A DNA stretch of 63,044 nt. It comes from an uncultured Thermoplasmata archaeon (lineage in GTDB: Archaea; Thermoplasmatota; Thermoplasmata; WALJ01). The position numbers and the translations under genes are program-made. The notes under the pieces are model-generated. The model did no database searches, had not been told where the DNA came from, and saw nothing but the letters and a program-made list of their open reading frames with translations. The stretch spans positions 1-63,044 of the forward strand of contig CAYYXK010000003.1 in the NCBI GenBank assembly GCA_964475625.1. The letters are read 5' to 3'. Positions 22,729 through 32,126 of the stretch are shown piece by piece. Position 1 is the first letter of the stretch. Each line of letters opens with the position of its first letter.

Positions 22729-23670
22729 TTAATTAACGGTTTCGCCGATTTTCGTCTCCTTCCCCTTCTCACCGACAAGCACGACCCTGCTGGGTGCGTA
22801 TTCCAGAAGAAGCTCCCTTCCGGTGTATTCCCCTATCTTCCGCCCGAACTCCTTTATTTCATCATGAGAGGGCATGTTCGCCATGTTCATTCTCTCCCTA
22901 GAATATCCGACGAAGACATAACCCTTCGCCTCTATGAAGTCCGGATCCGCTTTCTCTATGAGCTTCGCATACTCTTTTTCATACCCCTGCATGTTCCAAT
23001 CCTTTACAAGGGTGTGCCTTATCACGGTTCTGGTGTCAAGGGATGGCAGAATTTCAAGGGTCTCGTTCAGTCTCTCCCATCCGTTCGGTATCATGGGAAC
23101 CAGAAGTTTGTCGTATATCTCCTCATTCGGAGCGGCCACGGTGATGTAAAGCTGTGTCGGAAGCGGGTCAAGGTTCTCTATGACCTTGGGAAGGGTGCCG
23201 TTGCTCACCAGAAAGGTGGTCATCCCTTTTTTATGCGCCAGTTCTATGAACTCCCCGAGCCGAGGATATATGGTCGGCTCTCCGCTCAGAGATATGGCTA
23301 TCTGGTTGGGGTTGTATGCCTCGTCCCACATCTCCCTGCTGACCCTAGGGTCTCCCTTGAAGCCAGATATCAGTTTCCTCTGGGCCTCTATGCTTTGGTC
23401 CAGTATGAACTCGGGGTCATCAACCTGTTTCAGCGTGGATTCGTTGAACGCCTGAAAGCGCCAGCAGAAGAGGCAGTTCTGGGTGCACTGGTTGAGTGCG
23501 GGTGACATCTGAAGGCAGCGGTGAGACTGTATCCCGTAAAAGACCTCCTTGTAGCAGGGCCTACCCCTCACCAGTTTCTCCTTCAGCCAGTGGCACAGCT
23601 TCACGCCGCTGTGCTCTCCGACCACTCTATAGTGCTGTTTCTCCAGTATCTTTTTCAGCTCGGGTTCCAT
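22729..23670 (-). CDS. taw1: 4-demethylwyosine synthase (radical SAM, Taw1/TYW1)
   Basis: CTQNCLFCWR radical SAM cluster plus an upstream Cys motif (CHWLK...CYK). Length and GEPTIYPRL are typical of archaeal Taw1. Confidence 0.8.
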   Translation of the reverse strand: MEPELKKILEKQHYRVVGEHSGVKLCHWLKEKLVRGRPCYKEVFYGIQSHRCLQMSPALNQCTQNCLFCWRFQAFNESTLKQVDDPEFILDQSIEAQRKLISGFKGDPRVSREMWDEAYNPNQIAISLSGEPTIYPRLGEFIELAHKKGMTTFLVSNGTLPKVIENLDPLPTQLYITVAAPNEEIYDKLLVPMIPNGWERLNETLEILPSLDTRTVIRHTLVKDWNMQGYEKEYAKLIEKADPDFIEAKGYVFVGYSRERMNMANMPSHDEIKEFGRKIGEYTGRELLLEYAPSRVVLVGEKGKETKIGETVN

Positions 23671-23929
23671 GATATCACTTTCGCCTATGGTACTAGGTAT
23701 ATGTGGTTTTGCATGGCGGAATCGTCAATATCATGGAATTTTCCGAAAAAATCACCGATATCTGCATCTCACTCAGAAAATATTGATATGTAAAAATCCT
23801 TTCAATGATGACATTCCAAGGACGTTCATCCATGAGAACGGTGATTTCTTTGCTCATAACGATGCGTCTACTGATGCTTCTTACCTATCAGACAGGGGCA
23901 TCCAGACGGTTGATCATAGAATTCAGAGC

Positions 23930-24181
23930 GTTCACGATGCGATTTACATAAAAAACGATACTGACATGGCGTCCACGGTGCTCTCCGGAAGCGGGACGGC
24001 CGACACCCCCTATATCGCAGGCGGGTATGAGATCGACGCATACGATGAAGGCCCTGCTCTGTACATAGGCAATACCCCTGCCCAGTTCATACTCAGGAAC
24101 TCTACGCTGTTCGATTCCACATCTTACTCCTCTTTGGATACCAAGGCACATCCGATAAGGGCGGCCTCTTGTCATCTATAA
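23930..24181 (+). pseudogene. Possible remnant of the N-terminus of a right-handed beta-helix (NosD-like) surface protein
   Basis: IYIKNDTDMASTVLSGSGTADTPYIAGGYEIDAYDEGPALYIGNTPAQFILRNSTL resembles the start of PbH1-repeat proteins, but the ORF ends after ~80 aa. No plausible N-terminus; sits in a ~770-bp gene-poor gap. Confidence 0.25.
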
Positions 24182-24443
24182 CTCAACCAATGTGGTAGGC
24201 CCCGGTAGCACTATGAAGAATATTTATATCTATGCCACATTGGTGGTTGCAATAGTGCTCGCCTCAGCCCTCATTTCGCCATGAAAAGGAGAGAACCCAA
24301 CACTCGTAGCAGAGAATAAGGGAGATATGACTTCTTTCGAAAGCGAAGATGGAAATGAATCCGAGAAGATACAAGAAACCATTTAACCATCAAACCAATT
24401 TTTCCATCTATCGGAAGATTAAAAAAGAATTAAAGAAAGGGAT

Positions 24444-27400
24444 TTACCACTCTACAGTCCAGTCCTGCTCTGTGGTCACATGTATCCAATATCCATGGCC
24501 GGGAACCATCATGTCGCTTCCATTCATGTCAAAGATATTGGTCCCGTTGAATCCCTGAATGAAATCGTAGCTTATTCCGTTCAGAGCATCACTGACGGTG
24601 CGCTCTGTTCCGCTGGGATATCCGACCATGTTCCATCCCGGATGCAGAGTTATTGTGGTGTTTCCTAGGTCATTTGCCGAGCCAGTCAGGGTGTAGTCGG
24701 TGTTGGCATAGACATAGATGGCCACAGTGTTGTCCACCAAGGGGAACCCGAGGTTGAACTTTGCATCTCTGCCTTTGTTATATGTGCGCCAGCATCCGTT
24801 CTGATAGATCATTGCCCGGCTCCAGTCCAGGCCGTTTAGTGCATCGTTTATGTCAGTGGGGGCGCTGAGCCATGGCAGCGATACCAGGTTCCATCCCTGG
24901 TTGAAGCTGACATTCATTGTTTGCAGCTCAGCAATGCTCGGAAGTACATTTGACTCGTGTTCCAATCCGTCGAAAGCGAGGACGAACTGCGGCGCACCCT
25001 TCGTAACTTCTATTGACATATAGTCCACATAGAGGCTGTCTGCATTGCCATTGCTCTCTGTCCTGTCCGCATCCTTCACATATATATAGACCGTTCCGGC
25101 AGTGTCAGAAGGCAGGCTGTAGCTCTGCACCGTATTGTCATCGGATGTTTTGCTCACGGTCAGCATATAGTTGTAGTTGCTCCCGTCGGTTGAGTAATAG
25201 AAGTCGAAGTCATCCCCCTCACTGTTGAAGTCGTGATATGCCTCGACATGGAAGGTCAGAGATGTTCCCCCGTCGCCCACATCGAAGGTCCACTCATGAT
25301 CCATCATACTGGGCCTGTTCCCTGTTATGCTCACATCATCTATCCCCCAGTGATAATCATAGGATGCTATGTAGTGCCACCTTATCTGTACCTGTGAATG
25401 GCCTGCAGCTAGGTTAGTGATATTTATGTTCAAGGTTTCTTGAACAGTCTGATCATATATGTGGTAGACATTGGTCCATGTGCTTCCTCCATCATTGCTC
25501 ACATCCACAAAGCCGCCCTCATCTGAGTTCTCGTTGTAATTCTTGTAGTCATGGTAGAAACTAAGAGAAACTGTGGTGTAGCTGCTGCAATCCAGGATAG
25601 GTGTGTACAGGTAGTCGTCCTGCGTGGCACTGCTTCCTGCAGCATCAGAATCATCATATGCCCAGCTTCCGCTGGATGAACTTCCGCTGGTTATCTCCCA
25701 TCCTCCACCGGTGCCCTGGTTATCTATGGTCCATCCTGCGGGCAAGCTTCCGCTGTCAAAGTTCTCGCTGAGTATTGTGAGTCCGGTGCCTCCAGCCTCC
25801 TCGGTCAGGGTTTCGTATGTCCCATCGCTATCCCAAGTGTCTGTGTAATCTCCACTGGTGCTTCCGGCATATGTGCTCTCTCCATTGGCGTAGGAATATG
25901 CTGTACTTGTATTGGAACCCGATGTTGCATCAAGCATTATCTCAACGATTATCCGATCTCCGGCATTCACCTTTCCACTTGCGGAATCAGTCCATGAGAA
26001 GAGATGATAGTCCGAATAGGAGGAGATGTTCTCGTCGTCCTTTGCCGTTGTGTAAAGAAGAGTGCTGGAAGTTCCGTCATAAGAATATATCTTGGCATAA
26101 AGGTGCCCTCCTGTAGCACTTATGTCCGTAACCTTTCCCCATATGTTGAAGGTCCAGTTCCCGGATATCGTCCTGTCTGTTGAGAAACTATGGCTCATCC
26201 ATGTTCCAAGGGAGAAGTCGCCCGCAGATGTTATGTTTGTGGACACATCCCAGCCGGTGTTCTCCACAGGCTCCATGCTGAGGTTATTGTAGCCATTGGA
26301 AGTCTCCACTTGGAGGAACCACTGGTCGTCAAGTACATTATCTATGGAGAAGAAACCGGAGACATCACTGTCGTTCTGAGGTATAGGGTCTGTGACCACA
26401 ACCTTGACCATGTAATCTATCCCGTCCTGAAGTCCGGTGGTGTCCCAGGCATAGCTTCCGTCATCCGCTTCTCCTGTGGCTATCACATTCCATGTGTTTC
26501 CTCCGTCTCTGCTGTAGTAAAGGTCAACACTGAGCGTGTCACCATCGGAATCGTTAGCGGTCCACTGTATGTTTACATCACCGGACACCACCTCTCCACC
26601 TGTCGGATAGTCAAGGCTGACCGTAGGAGGGCTGTTGGGTATTATTTCTACCCAGATTCCCGGCCATTCTGTGGAAAAGTCAGTCCCATCATAGGAGCGT
26701 GCCATTATGTGGTGCCATCCATATGGCACATCGCGTATATCCCATGTATATGACCAGGAATCTGTACCAGAAGCATCCACCCAGTACTGCCGGTCTATCT
26801 TTATCTGGACCTTCGAGACAGAACCATCGGAATCTGCCGCCGTACCACTTATGGTAACATTTCCATCCGCCCTGGGGATCCTATCTCCATCATGTGGGCT
26901 GTCCAGAGTGACGGTGGGTTCCTCATTGTTCACATCGGCATTAGCATCCACCTGATTTATCATTTCGTCCCACTGATTCTCTTGGAATATCCAGGCCTCG
27001 GCAACATGACTATTAATTGCATCCTTATCTGTCTCATCAGCCATCATCAGTTTTACTCCGTCAGTATCTGTGTCCTGAGAATAAGGTATCAATTTTCCAG
27101 AGGAATATGCACCTGTGTTGTGGGTCATATTCTCGACACACCTGTTAGCCCAGTAAAGTATGTCCGAATCGGTTATCTCTCCATCACCGATGATATGATT
27201 GTTTATCATGTCCCAGTAATCATGGGCAGTCGTCCAGTAAGAGTCGTCGGCATCCGCAGAGTTGCTGAATGCATCCTTTATTCCAGAGTTCTCCGTCCCG
27301 GCCTTGTGCTTCATAGCCTGAGAAAGGGCATTGTAGGCAGGCATCCAATCGTAATCCCATAGAGTCGTGTTAACTACTGCATAGGTGACTATACCTCCGT

Positions 27401-28943
27401 CTGCATTCACCTCATAGGCAAGGTTGTACGCCTGCTTGTCTGCAGTTATTTGTCCCTGGTTCTGGACTATCTCAGAGAATATAGTGTCATAAGACCATCC
27501 GTATCCTCCTTCAGTATGCTCGGATGCGCCCACATAGTCGAACATTATTTTGTTGTGATACTGGATACCTCCATGGTTCGTAAGGCAGGTATCGTATCCG
27601 ATTATATCCAGCGTCCTTCCGAGGGTCGGGTAGATGTCGTTGTAAATCTGAAGGCTGGCATCATGCATATCTCCCAGGGTTATATGGTCATGACCCCATG
27701 AATCTCCACCTGCATCGTCATCCCATATGACGCCGTCATATCCACCGCCGTGGTCCCACATATCGACGAAGTAGTGGTCTGCAGGAAAGTTCTGAACAGT
27801 CCATTCCACGAAATCCACAAAGACGCTGTAATTGCTGAGATAAAGTTCATGGTCACCGTCATTGTTAAGCAGCGGATAATAAGAATCCAGTTTAGGTGAT
27901 GTCACAGTATCGGTGGAATCGGTAGTTTCTGCTCCATTATCATCGTGCCGGATCCAGAGGACATGAGTATCGGGATCGTCACTTCCCTTGTGGTCCCAGA
28001 GTACGACTATGTCGAACAGACCCACATTGTCATCAGTATAGACACTTTCCATCTCATTCAAATCACCCACATCGTACTCGCCTTCCCGTGCACCGGTCCC
28101 TCCCAGATTGTTGTCTCCATTGAGATACACTATAAGGACCCACCTTCCGGTCTGGTTCTGCCTGGCATGGAAGTCCGATGCCAGGTCGTTTGTCTCGTCT
28201 TGAGGTGTGGAACGGGTATCCCGACCAGATGCGCTCTGACTCTCTATAGACCATACTCCATCGGAGTTCTTGAGAACCGTGTCAATCGTCATTCCACTGT
28301 TCCTCTCAACAACTGTCAGGCCGTTATCGGTAGAAAGTGAGTATATCGAGTTGTCTGTATGATATATCATGGAAGGCCTTGAGAACATATCCTGTTCGGA
28401 CGCAGAATAGACATTTCCGTCCATGTCCGCCCAGAATGCTGTAACATATCCATTCACTATCCCGACGCTCGTGGCTATGCCCCGGCCATCTGAGAGAGTG
28501 TATGTCCGCATATCTCTTTCGTCAGTCACAGTGAGGAATACCTTGCCCATGTCAGAGGATGTTATGTATGATCTTCCGCCACCCCTTGCAAGGTCGGCAT
28601 AGTCATGTCCGACGGTGAGCGGCTCCGACCACATGCCGTCTTTATACTCCATATATCTGACATTGCCCCACCTTATGCTGTAGTCCTGGTATATCAGGTA
28701 GATGTCGTCTCCTTCCTGAATATATTTCACTCCGGAAACTAGATCTCCTGAGGTACCCGGTACCACTCCTGTCCGTCCATCTATATTATAGTAAAGAGAG
28801 TCTCCTGAGACAAAAACCGGTTCTGTTCCAGAAGGCTCCGATTGGCCAGTCCCTGCTATCCCGATTGAAAAAGCGGAAAATGCAGAGAACAGCATGATTC
28901 CAATCAGCAACACGCTGATCACCTTCTCATTGCCTCTCTTCAT
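24444..28943 (-). CDS. Secreted 1499-aa multidomain clostripain-like (peptidase C11) cysteine protease with Ig-like, MAM/jelly-roll-like and GWN/PGHGYW C-terminal domains
   Basis: Signal peptide MKRGNEKVISVLLIGIMLFSAFSAFSIG. WVLIVYLNGDNNLG, VDMWDHGGGYDG (His ~398) and IIGYDTCLTNHGG (Cys ~453) fit the C11 His/Cys dyad. Two Ig-like units (PTVTLDSPHDGD..., PPTVSLDYPTGGE...DSDGDTLSVDLYYSRDGGNTW). ENFDSGSLPAGWTIDN...GGFVDVSNDGGSTW is MAM-like. Confidence 0.7.
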   Translation of the reverse strand: MKRGNEKVISVLLIGIMLFSAFSAFSIGIAGTGQSEPSGTEPVFVSGDSLYYNIDGRTGVVPGTSGDLVSGVKYIQEGDDIYLIYQDYSIRWGNVRYMEYKDGMWSEPLTVGHDYADLARGGGRSYITSSDMGKVFLTVTDERDMRTYTLSDGRGIATSVGIVNGYVTAFWADMDGNVYSASEQDMFSRPSMIYHTDNSIYSLSTDNGLTVVERNSGMTIDTVLKNSDGVWSIESQSASGRDTRSTPQDETNDLASDFHARQNQTGRWVLIVYLNGDNNLGGTGAREGEYDVGDLNEMESVYTDDNVGLFDIVVLWDHKGSDDPDTHVLWIRHDDNGAETTDSTDTVTSPKLDSYYPLLNNDGDHELYLSNYSVFVDFVEWTVQNFPADHYFVDMWDHGGGYDGVIWDDDAGGDSWGHDHITLGDMHDASLQIYNDIYPTLGRTLDIIGYDTCLTNHGGIQYHNKIMFDYVGASEHTEGGYGWSYDTIFSEIVQNQGQITADKQAYNLAYEVNADGGIVTYAVVNTTLWDYDWMPAYNALSQAMKHKAGTENSGIKDAFSNSADADDSYWTTAHDYWDMINNHIIGDGEITDSDILYWANRCVENMTHNTGAYSSGKLIPYSQDTDTDGVKLMMADETDKDAINSHVAEAWIFQENQWDEMINQVDANADVNNEEPTVTLDSPHDGDRIPRADGNVTISGTAADSDGSVSKVQIKIDRQYWVDASGTDSWSYTWDIRDVPYGWHHIMARSYDGTDFSTEWPGIWVEIIPNSPPTVSLDYPTGGEVVSGDVNIQWTANDSDGDTLSVDLYYSRDGGNTWNVIATGEADDGSYAWDTTGLQDGIDYMVKVVVTDPIPQNDSDVSGFFSIDNVLDDQWFLQVETSNGYNNLSMEPVENTGWDVSTNITSAGDFSLGTWMSHSFSTDRTISGNWTFNIWGKVTDISATGGHLYAKIYSYDGTSSTLLYTTAKDDENISSYSDYHLFSWTDSASGKVNAGDRIIVEIMLDATSGSNTSTAYSYANGESTYAGSTSGDYTDTWDSDGTYETLTEEAGGTGLTILSENFDSGSLPAGWTIDNQGTGGGWEITSGSSSSGSWAYDDSDAAGSSATQDDYLYTPILDCSSYTTVSLSFYHDYKNYNENSDEGGFVDVSNDGGSTWTNVYHIYDQTVQETLNINITNLAAGHSQVQIRWHYIASYDYHWGIDDVSITGNRPSMMDHEWTFDVGDGGTSLTFHVEAYHDFNSEGDDFDFYYSTDGSNYNYMLTVSKTSDDNTVQSYSLPSDTAGTVYIYVKDADRTESNGNADSLYVDYMSIEVTKGAPQFVLAFDGLEHESNVLPSIAELQTMNVSFNQGWNLVSLPWLSAPTDINDALNGLDWSRAMIYQNGCWRTYNKGRDAKFNLGFPLVDNTVAIYVYANTDYTLTGSANDLGNTTITLHPGWNMVGYPSGTERTVSDALNGISYDFIQGFNGTNIFDMNGSDMMVPGHGYWIHVTTEQDWTVEW

Positions 28944-29050
28944 TCAATCACCTCGCGAACGAAATTCGCACATACTATCCCTTCATTAAGAGCTATTTAA
29001 ACTTATTTCGTATTTTTCCATGTTTATGCCGATTACTCAAAGTCTCATGT

Positions 29051-29062
29051 AAAAGTTTAAAT
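29051..29062 (+). promoter_or_regulatory. TATA-like box upstream of crcB (leaderless-type spacing)
   Basis: AAAGTTTAAATC ends ~23 nt before the ATG at 29085. Confidence 0.3.
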
Positions 29063-29084
29063 CGGCGGCTTCATCCCGATATCT

Positions 29085-29474
29085 ATGCTGAGGATACTTC
29101 TCATAGCCGCAGGAGGAGCGCTCGGCGCTCTTTTCAGATATTATTTGTCGGGCATCCCATATAGATACACAGGGGGAAGCTTTCCATGGGGAACTTTGTT
29201 CGTCAATCTTGTGTGAGCGTTCATAATAGGTCTTCTGTGGGGAATGACGGAGGAGGAGAGCATATCTCCATATATCAAATCCTTCGTCTTCATAGGGGTC
29301 ATCGCCTCGTTCACGACGTTCTCGACATTCGCACTGGAGAGCGCTCTTCTCATACGGGACGGGGAGAATGCAATGGCAGGAGCATACATCCTGCTGATGA
29401 ATGTCGGAATCCTTCTGGTCTTTGCGGGACTCGCAAGTTCAAAATACATGAATGTCATAGGGGGAAGCATATGA
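29085..29474 (+). pseudogene. crcB: Fluoride channel CrcB/Fluc interrupted by an in-frame TGA
   Basis: MLRILLIAAGGALGALFRYYLS...FPWGTLFVNLV*AFIIGLL...FVFIGVIASFTTFSTFALE. The TGA at 29214-29216 sits where CrcB proteins have the conserved Gly of VNxxG(S/C)F, consistent with GGA to TGA. The rest of the frame is intact. Confidence 0.7.
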
Positions 29475-29830
29475 GGGAAGGAATGAGGAAAGGGGACGAT
29501 GCGGTCCTGCTTCGTGTATACATCGGAGAACTGGACAGGTACCATGGAAAGAGCCTCTGCGAGCAGATAATCAGGAAAGCAAGGGAACTCGGCATGGCGG
29601 GCGCAACGGCCATACACGGGGTCATGGGCTTCGGCGCAGCGAGCCACCTGCACACCGCAAAGGTTCTCAGGCTATCGGAGGACCTGCCGGTGCTCATCGA
29701 GATAGTGGACAGGCAGGAGAAGATAGACGAGATAATGCCATTTCTGGATGAAGCGGTCACCGATGGGCTTATAACCACCGAGAAGGTGAAGATAGTGAAG
29801 TATGTTCACAGCAGGTCAGGAAAGGCCTGA
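29471..29830 (+). CDS. DUF190 (PII-like) protein commonly linked to crcB
   Basis: ATGA overlap with the crcB stop. LLRVYIGELDRYHGKSLCEQIIRKARELGMAGATAIHGVMGFG is typical of DUF190. Confidence 0.7.
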   Translation: MREGMRKGDDAVLLRVYIGELDRYHGKSLCEQIIRKARELGMAGATAIHGVMGFGAASHLHTAKVLRLSEDLPVLIEIVDRQEKIDEIMPFLDEAVTDGLITTEKVKIVKYVHSRSGKA

Positions 29831-30570
29831 TCCAGATATTCAAGGCTCTTAAGTGCATCGGGCACACCTCTCTCCATTTCAAGAACGAAGTTTCCATGAT
29901 AATCGGAGAGCGCTCCCAAGACCCTCTTCCAGTCGATATTTCCTTCCCCGAGCGGCAAATGTTCATCTTCCTTTCCCATGTTGTCGTGGATGTGTATATT
30001 GGCGAATCTGTCCTTTCTTCTGAGAAAATCATCCATTGTGCCTGTCGTGTTCGCATGCCCGACATCGAAGCACCACTTTATCTCAAGGCTTTCGCTCATC
30101 TCATCCAGCTCCCATGGCTCCCGCCCCACGGTTATGAAGGTGAGGGGCATGTTCTCAAGTGCGAGGGTGATTCCACGGTCGTTGGCTTCTTTACTGAGTA
30201 TTTTCAGTGTCTCATGCGTTCTCTGCCTGACCTGTTCCGGCCTCCGGTATAGTGGGGTCCTGAAACCGGGGTGAAGCGTCATCACCTCAACGCCCAGATT
30301 CGAGGCGCTTTCCATTGCCAGAACCATTTCTTTTACCACCGCATCATGGACTGGCGGGCTCGCGGCTGCGATATTCACATCGCTCAGGGGAGCGTGTATC
30401 TGAATCAGAAGCTCATGGCTTGCCAGATACTCCGATAATTCTTTCTCGATGTCCGGAAGCCTCAGCGTCCCTTCGGCTGTTATCTCCCAGCCCCTGAAAT
30501 GCGGTGTTATAGCATCCAGAACATCGGAAAGAGCCATCGATGAGAACGAATTGCTGGATATCAGTATCAT
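29806..30570 (-). CDS. Sugar phosphate isomerase/epimerase (xylose isomerase-like TIM barrel)
   Basis: HAP...TLHPG...ALEN...DVGHAN...HIHDN pattern of the AP endonuclease 2 / TIM-barrel family. Confidence 0.7.
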   Translation of the reverse strand: MILISSNSFSSMALSDVLDAITPHFRGWEITAEGTLRLPDIEKELSEYLASHELLIQIHAPLSDVNIAAASPPVHDAVVKEMVLAMESASNLGVEVMTLHPGFRTPLYRRPEQVRQRTHETLKILSKEANDRGITLALENMPLTFITVGREPWELDEMSESLEIKWCFDVGHANTTGTMDDFLRRKDRFANIHIHDNMGKEDEHLPLGEGNIDWKRVLGALSDYHGNFVLEMERGVPDALKSLEYLDQAFPDLL

Positions 30571-30945
30571 CTACTCACCCGTGAATGTCAGCCATTGAAT
30601 GAGTTTCTCAGGGCTTTTGCTTTCAATCTCCACATCGATTTCGCCGAGCGCAGGTTTATTCCCTCCGAAGGATATCTTTCCTACATAGGCGGCCTGCTTG
30701 CTTATGCTGAACGACATCACATCATCATGAAGATGGGACATAAGGTAATGTCTGGCCGTGTCCCTTATCCGCAAATCCCTCAATATCTCCCGGAACCTCT
30801 CGAGGTCACGGGATTCCCCGACAACGGCATCCTTCTCAACCTCGATATCGGCATCCGGGAATATGTTGAGCACGGCCTTTTTCACTTTCTCCTTGGATTC
30901 CGTGGGATAGAGTGGTGTTCTTATTCGAACGAGAGCGGAGGGCAT
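30571..30945 (-). CDS. Conserved archaeal small protein, COG1931/DUF54-type predicted RNA-binding protein
   Basis: 124 aa. The VRIRTPLYPTESKEKVKKAVLNIFP N-terminus is typical of that family, from memory only. Confidence 0.4.
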   Translation of the reverse strand: MPSALVRIRTPLYPTESKEKVKKAVLNIFPDADIEVEKDAVVGESRDLERFREILRDLRIRDTARHYLMSHLHDDVMSFSISKQAAYVGKISFGGNKPALGEIDVEIESKSPEKLIQWLTFTGE

Positions 30946-30988
30946 GAGGGTGGAACGGATGGAGGGTTTAAAGACTTCCCGTTTATTT

Positions 30989-31624
30989 TCAAACCTCTAC
31001 AAAAGTATATCGAAATTTCGACTCTTCTATATCGGAGTACTCTCTCCAGATAATGTTATATGCATTTTTCAAATTTATCTCGTTTTCTCTTCCTTTCATA
31101 GTTCCGATTCCAGTATTCGGCCCCCATCTAAGAGTGCCGTTCAATACCGCATCTTTGTGAATTTTGAATTTTTCATCGTTTGTATTTCGTCGTCCATGTT
31201 TCCAGTATAAATGGTCGTTCGTAAGAAAAATAGCATAGCCTCTGGATTCAGGTTTTTTCTCCACTATTTTTTCCAATCTCCTTATGTCTTTGCAGAAATC
31301 ATATCTAGCTACATCTCTAGCACCCTGATTCTTTAGAGAAAAACTCTCACCATGAATAGTGTATATCTCATCTTTATTCTTCGGATTTATGACAACAGTT
31401 TTGTACTTCAATTCAATGAAATATCGCATTTTCCCATCTTTCAAAACAACCATATCCACATAAAAAGATTCTTTCTCAATATCTATCCTTCCCTCCAGAC
31501 GTATGCCAAAATCGGGGTGTGTTTCATGAATCTCCCACGCCAGTGCGTGCTGAAAATCAGCCTCTGAATGAAACACAGGTCGCTTTTCACTCAGATTTTT
31601 CATAATATCTTCAATATGTATCAT
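30989..31624 (-). CDS. PD-(D/E)xK nuclease-fold protein (hypothetical)
   Basis: 211 aa, AT-rich. FYVDMVVLKDGKMRYFIELKYK gives a D...ExK arrangement after an N-terminal helix with SEADFQHALAWE. Confidence 0.45.
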   Translation of the reverse strand: MIHIEDIMKNLSEKRPVFHSEADFQHALAWEIHETHPDFGIRLEGRIDIEKESFYVDMVVLKDGKMRYFIELKYKTVVINPKNKDEIYTIHGESFSLKNQGARDVARYDFCKDIRRLEKIVEKKPESRGYAIFLTNDHLYWKHGRRNTNDEKFKIHKDAVLNGTLRWGPNTGIGTMKGRENEINLKNAYNIIWREYSDIEESKFRYTFVEV

Positions 31625-31666
31625 AAACTTGACCTATCCATCAACTATAAAGAGCTTTCTGAAATT

Positions 31667-31918
31667 CTATCTGTAAACCTTCCCTCTGTCCCCAACCCTC
31701 AGAACCAGCACGCAATCACCTATTATCTTGTATATCACCCTGTAATCTCCGATTCTGTAGCTGTAAAGCCCTTTGAAATTGCCGGAGAGGGCCTTTCCGG
31801 CCTTCGGGTTCCCGGAAAGCACGGATCCTATCTCGTCCATTATGCGCCGTGCCGTTTCCCTGTCGATGTTCTTCAGGTCATGATAGACCGAGTTCTTGTA
31901 CTTCACCTCACAGCCCAA
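31667..31918 (-). CDS. RelE/ParE-family toxin
   Basis: 83 aa. SVYHDLKNIDRETARRIMDEI...GNFKGLYSYRIGDYRVIYKI...VLVLRVGDRGKVY is a classic RelE/ParE pattern. Overlaps the upstream RHH gene by 11 nt. Confidence 0.8.
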   Translation of the reverse strand: MGCEVKYKNSVYHDLKNIDRETARRIMDEIGSVLSGNPKAGKALSGNFKGLYSYRIGDYRVIYKIIGDCVLVLRVGDRGKVYR

Positions 31919-32126
31919 GCCTTTCCCTCATATCCTTTGAAGAAACAATCTCGTCGTCCTTGTCATTGAGCCTTTCGAGCGCTATCAGATAGTCCGCATA
32001 CTCCGAAAGGTACTCTTCGATGGCCTTCCTTACGATGTATGTCTTCGGCCTGTCGGTGAGTCTTGCGACCTCGTCAATCTCATCCGCCATCTTTTCAGGC
32101 AGCCTTATGGAAAGTGTTGTAGACAT
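31908..32126 (-). CDS. CopG/RHH-family antitoxin
   Basis: MSTTLSIRLPEKMADEIDEVARLTDRPKTYIVRKAIEEYL is a ribbon-helix-helix sequence. I prefer the Met at 32126 over the track start at 32150. Confidence 0.75.
   Translation of the reverse strand: MSTTLSIRLPEKMADEIDEVARLTDRPKTYIVRKAIEEYLSEYADYLIALERLNDKDDEIVSSKDMRERLGL

Noticed and set aside
23669-23929. N-terminal part of the 170-aa track ORF at 23669-24181 as a real gene start
   Set aside because: The sequence (MISLSPMVLGICGFAWRNRQYHGIFRKNHRYLH...) overlaps the taw1 start region and looks non-coding. Only the distal ~80 aa show any family resemblance.
28944-29084. Fluoride riboswitch upstream of crcB
   Set aside because: I could not find the conserved crcB-motif core (paired GGNGAUG...CCUNC with an internal AACCGCC-like segment). 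Only TATA-like boxes were seen. This cannot be excluded without a covariance-model scan.
29214-29216. UGA recoding (Gly as in genetic code 25, or selenocysteine) in crcB
   Set aside because: Many well-defined genes in the window terminate at TGA, for example 1524-1526, 2638-2640, 19627-19629 and 32652-32654. A channel glycine is not a selenocysteine site. A nonsense mutation or a read error is simpler.
29141-29653. 170-aa minus-strand ORF and the 214-aa plus-strand ORF at 29186-29830 over the crcB/DUF190 region
   Set aside because: The first is antisense to crcB and DUF190. The second is meaningful only from the DUF190 Met at 29471, and its upstream part is an out-of-frame read through crcB.
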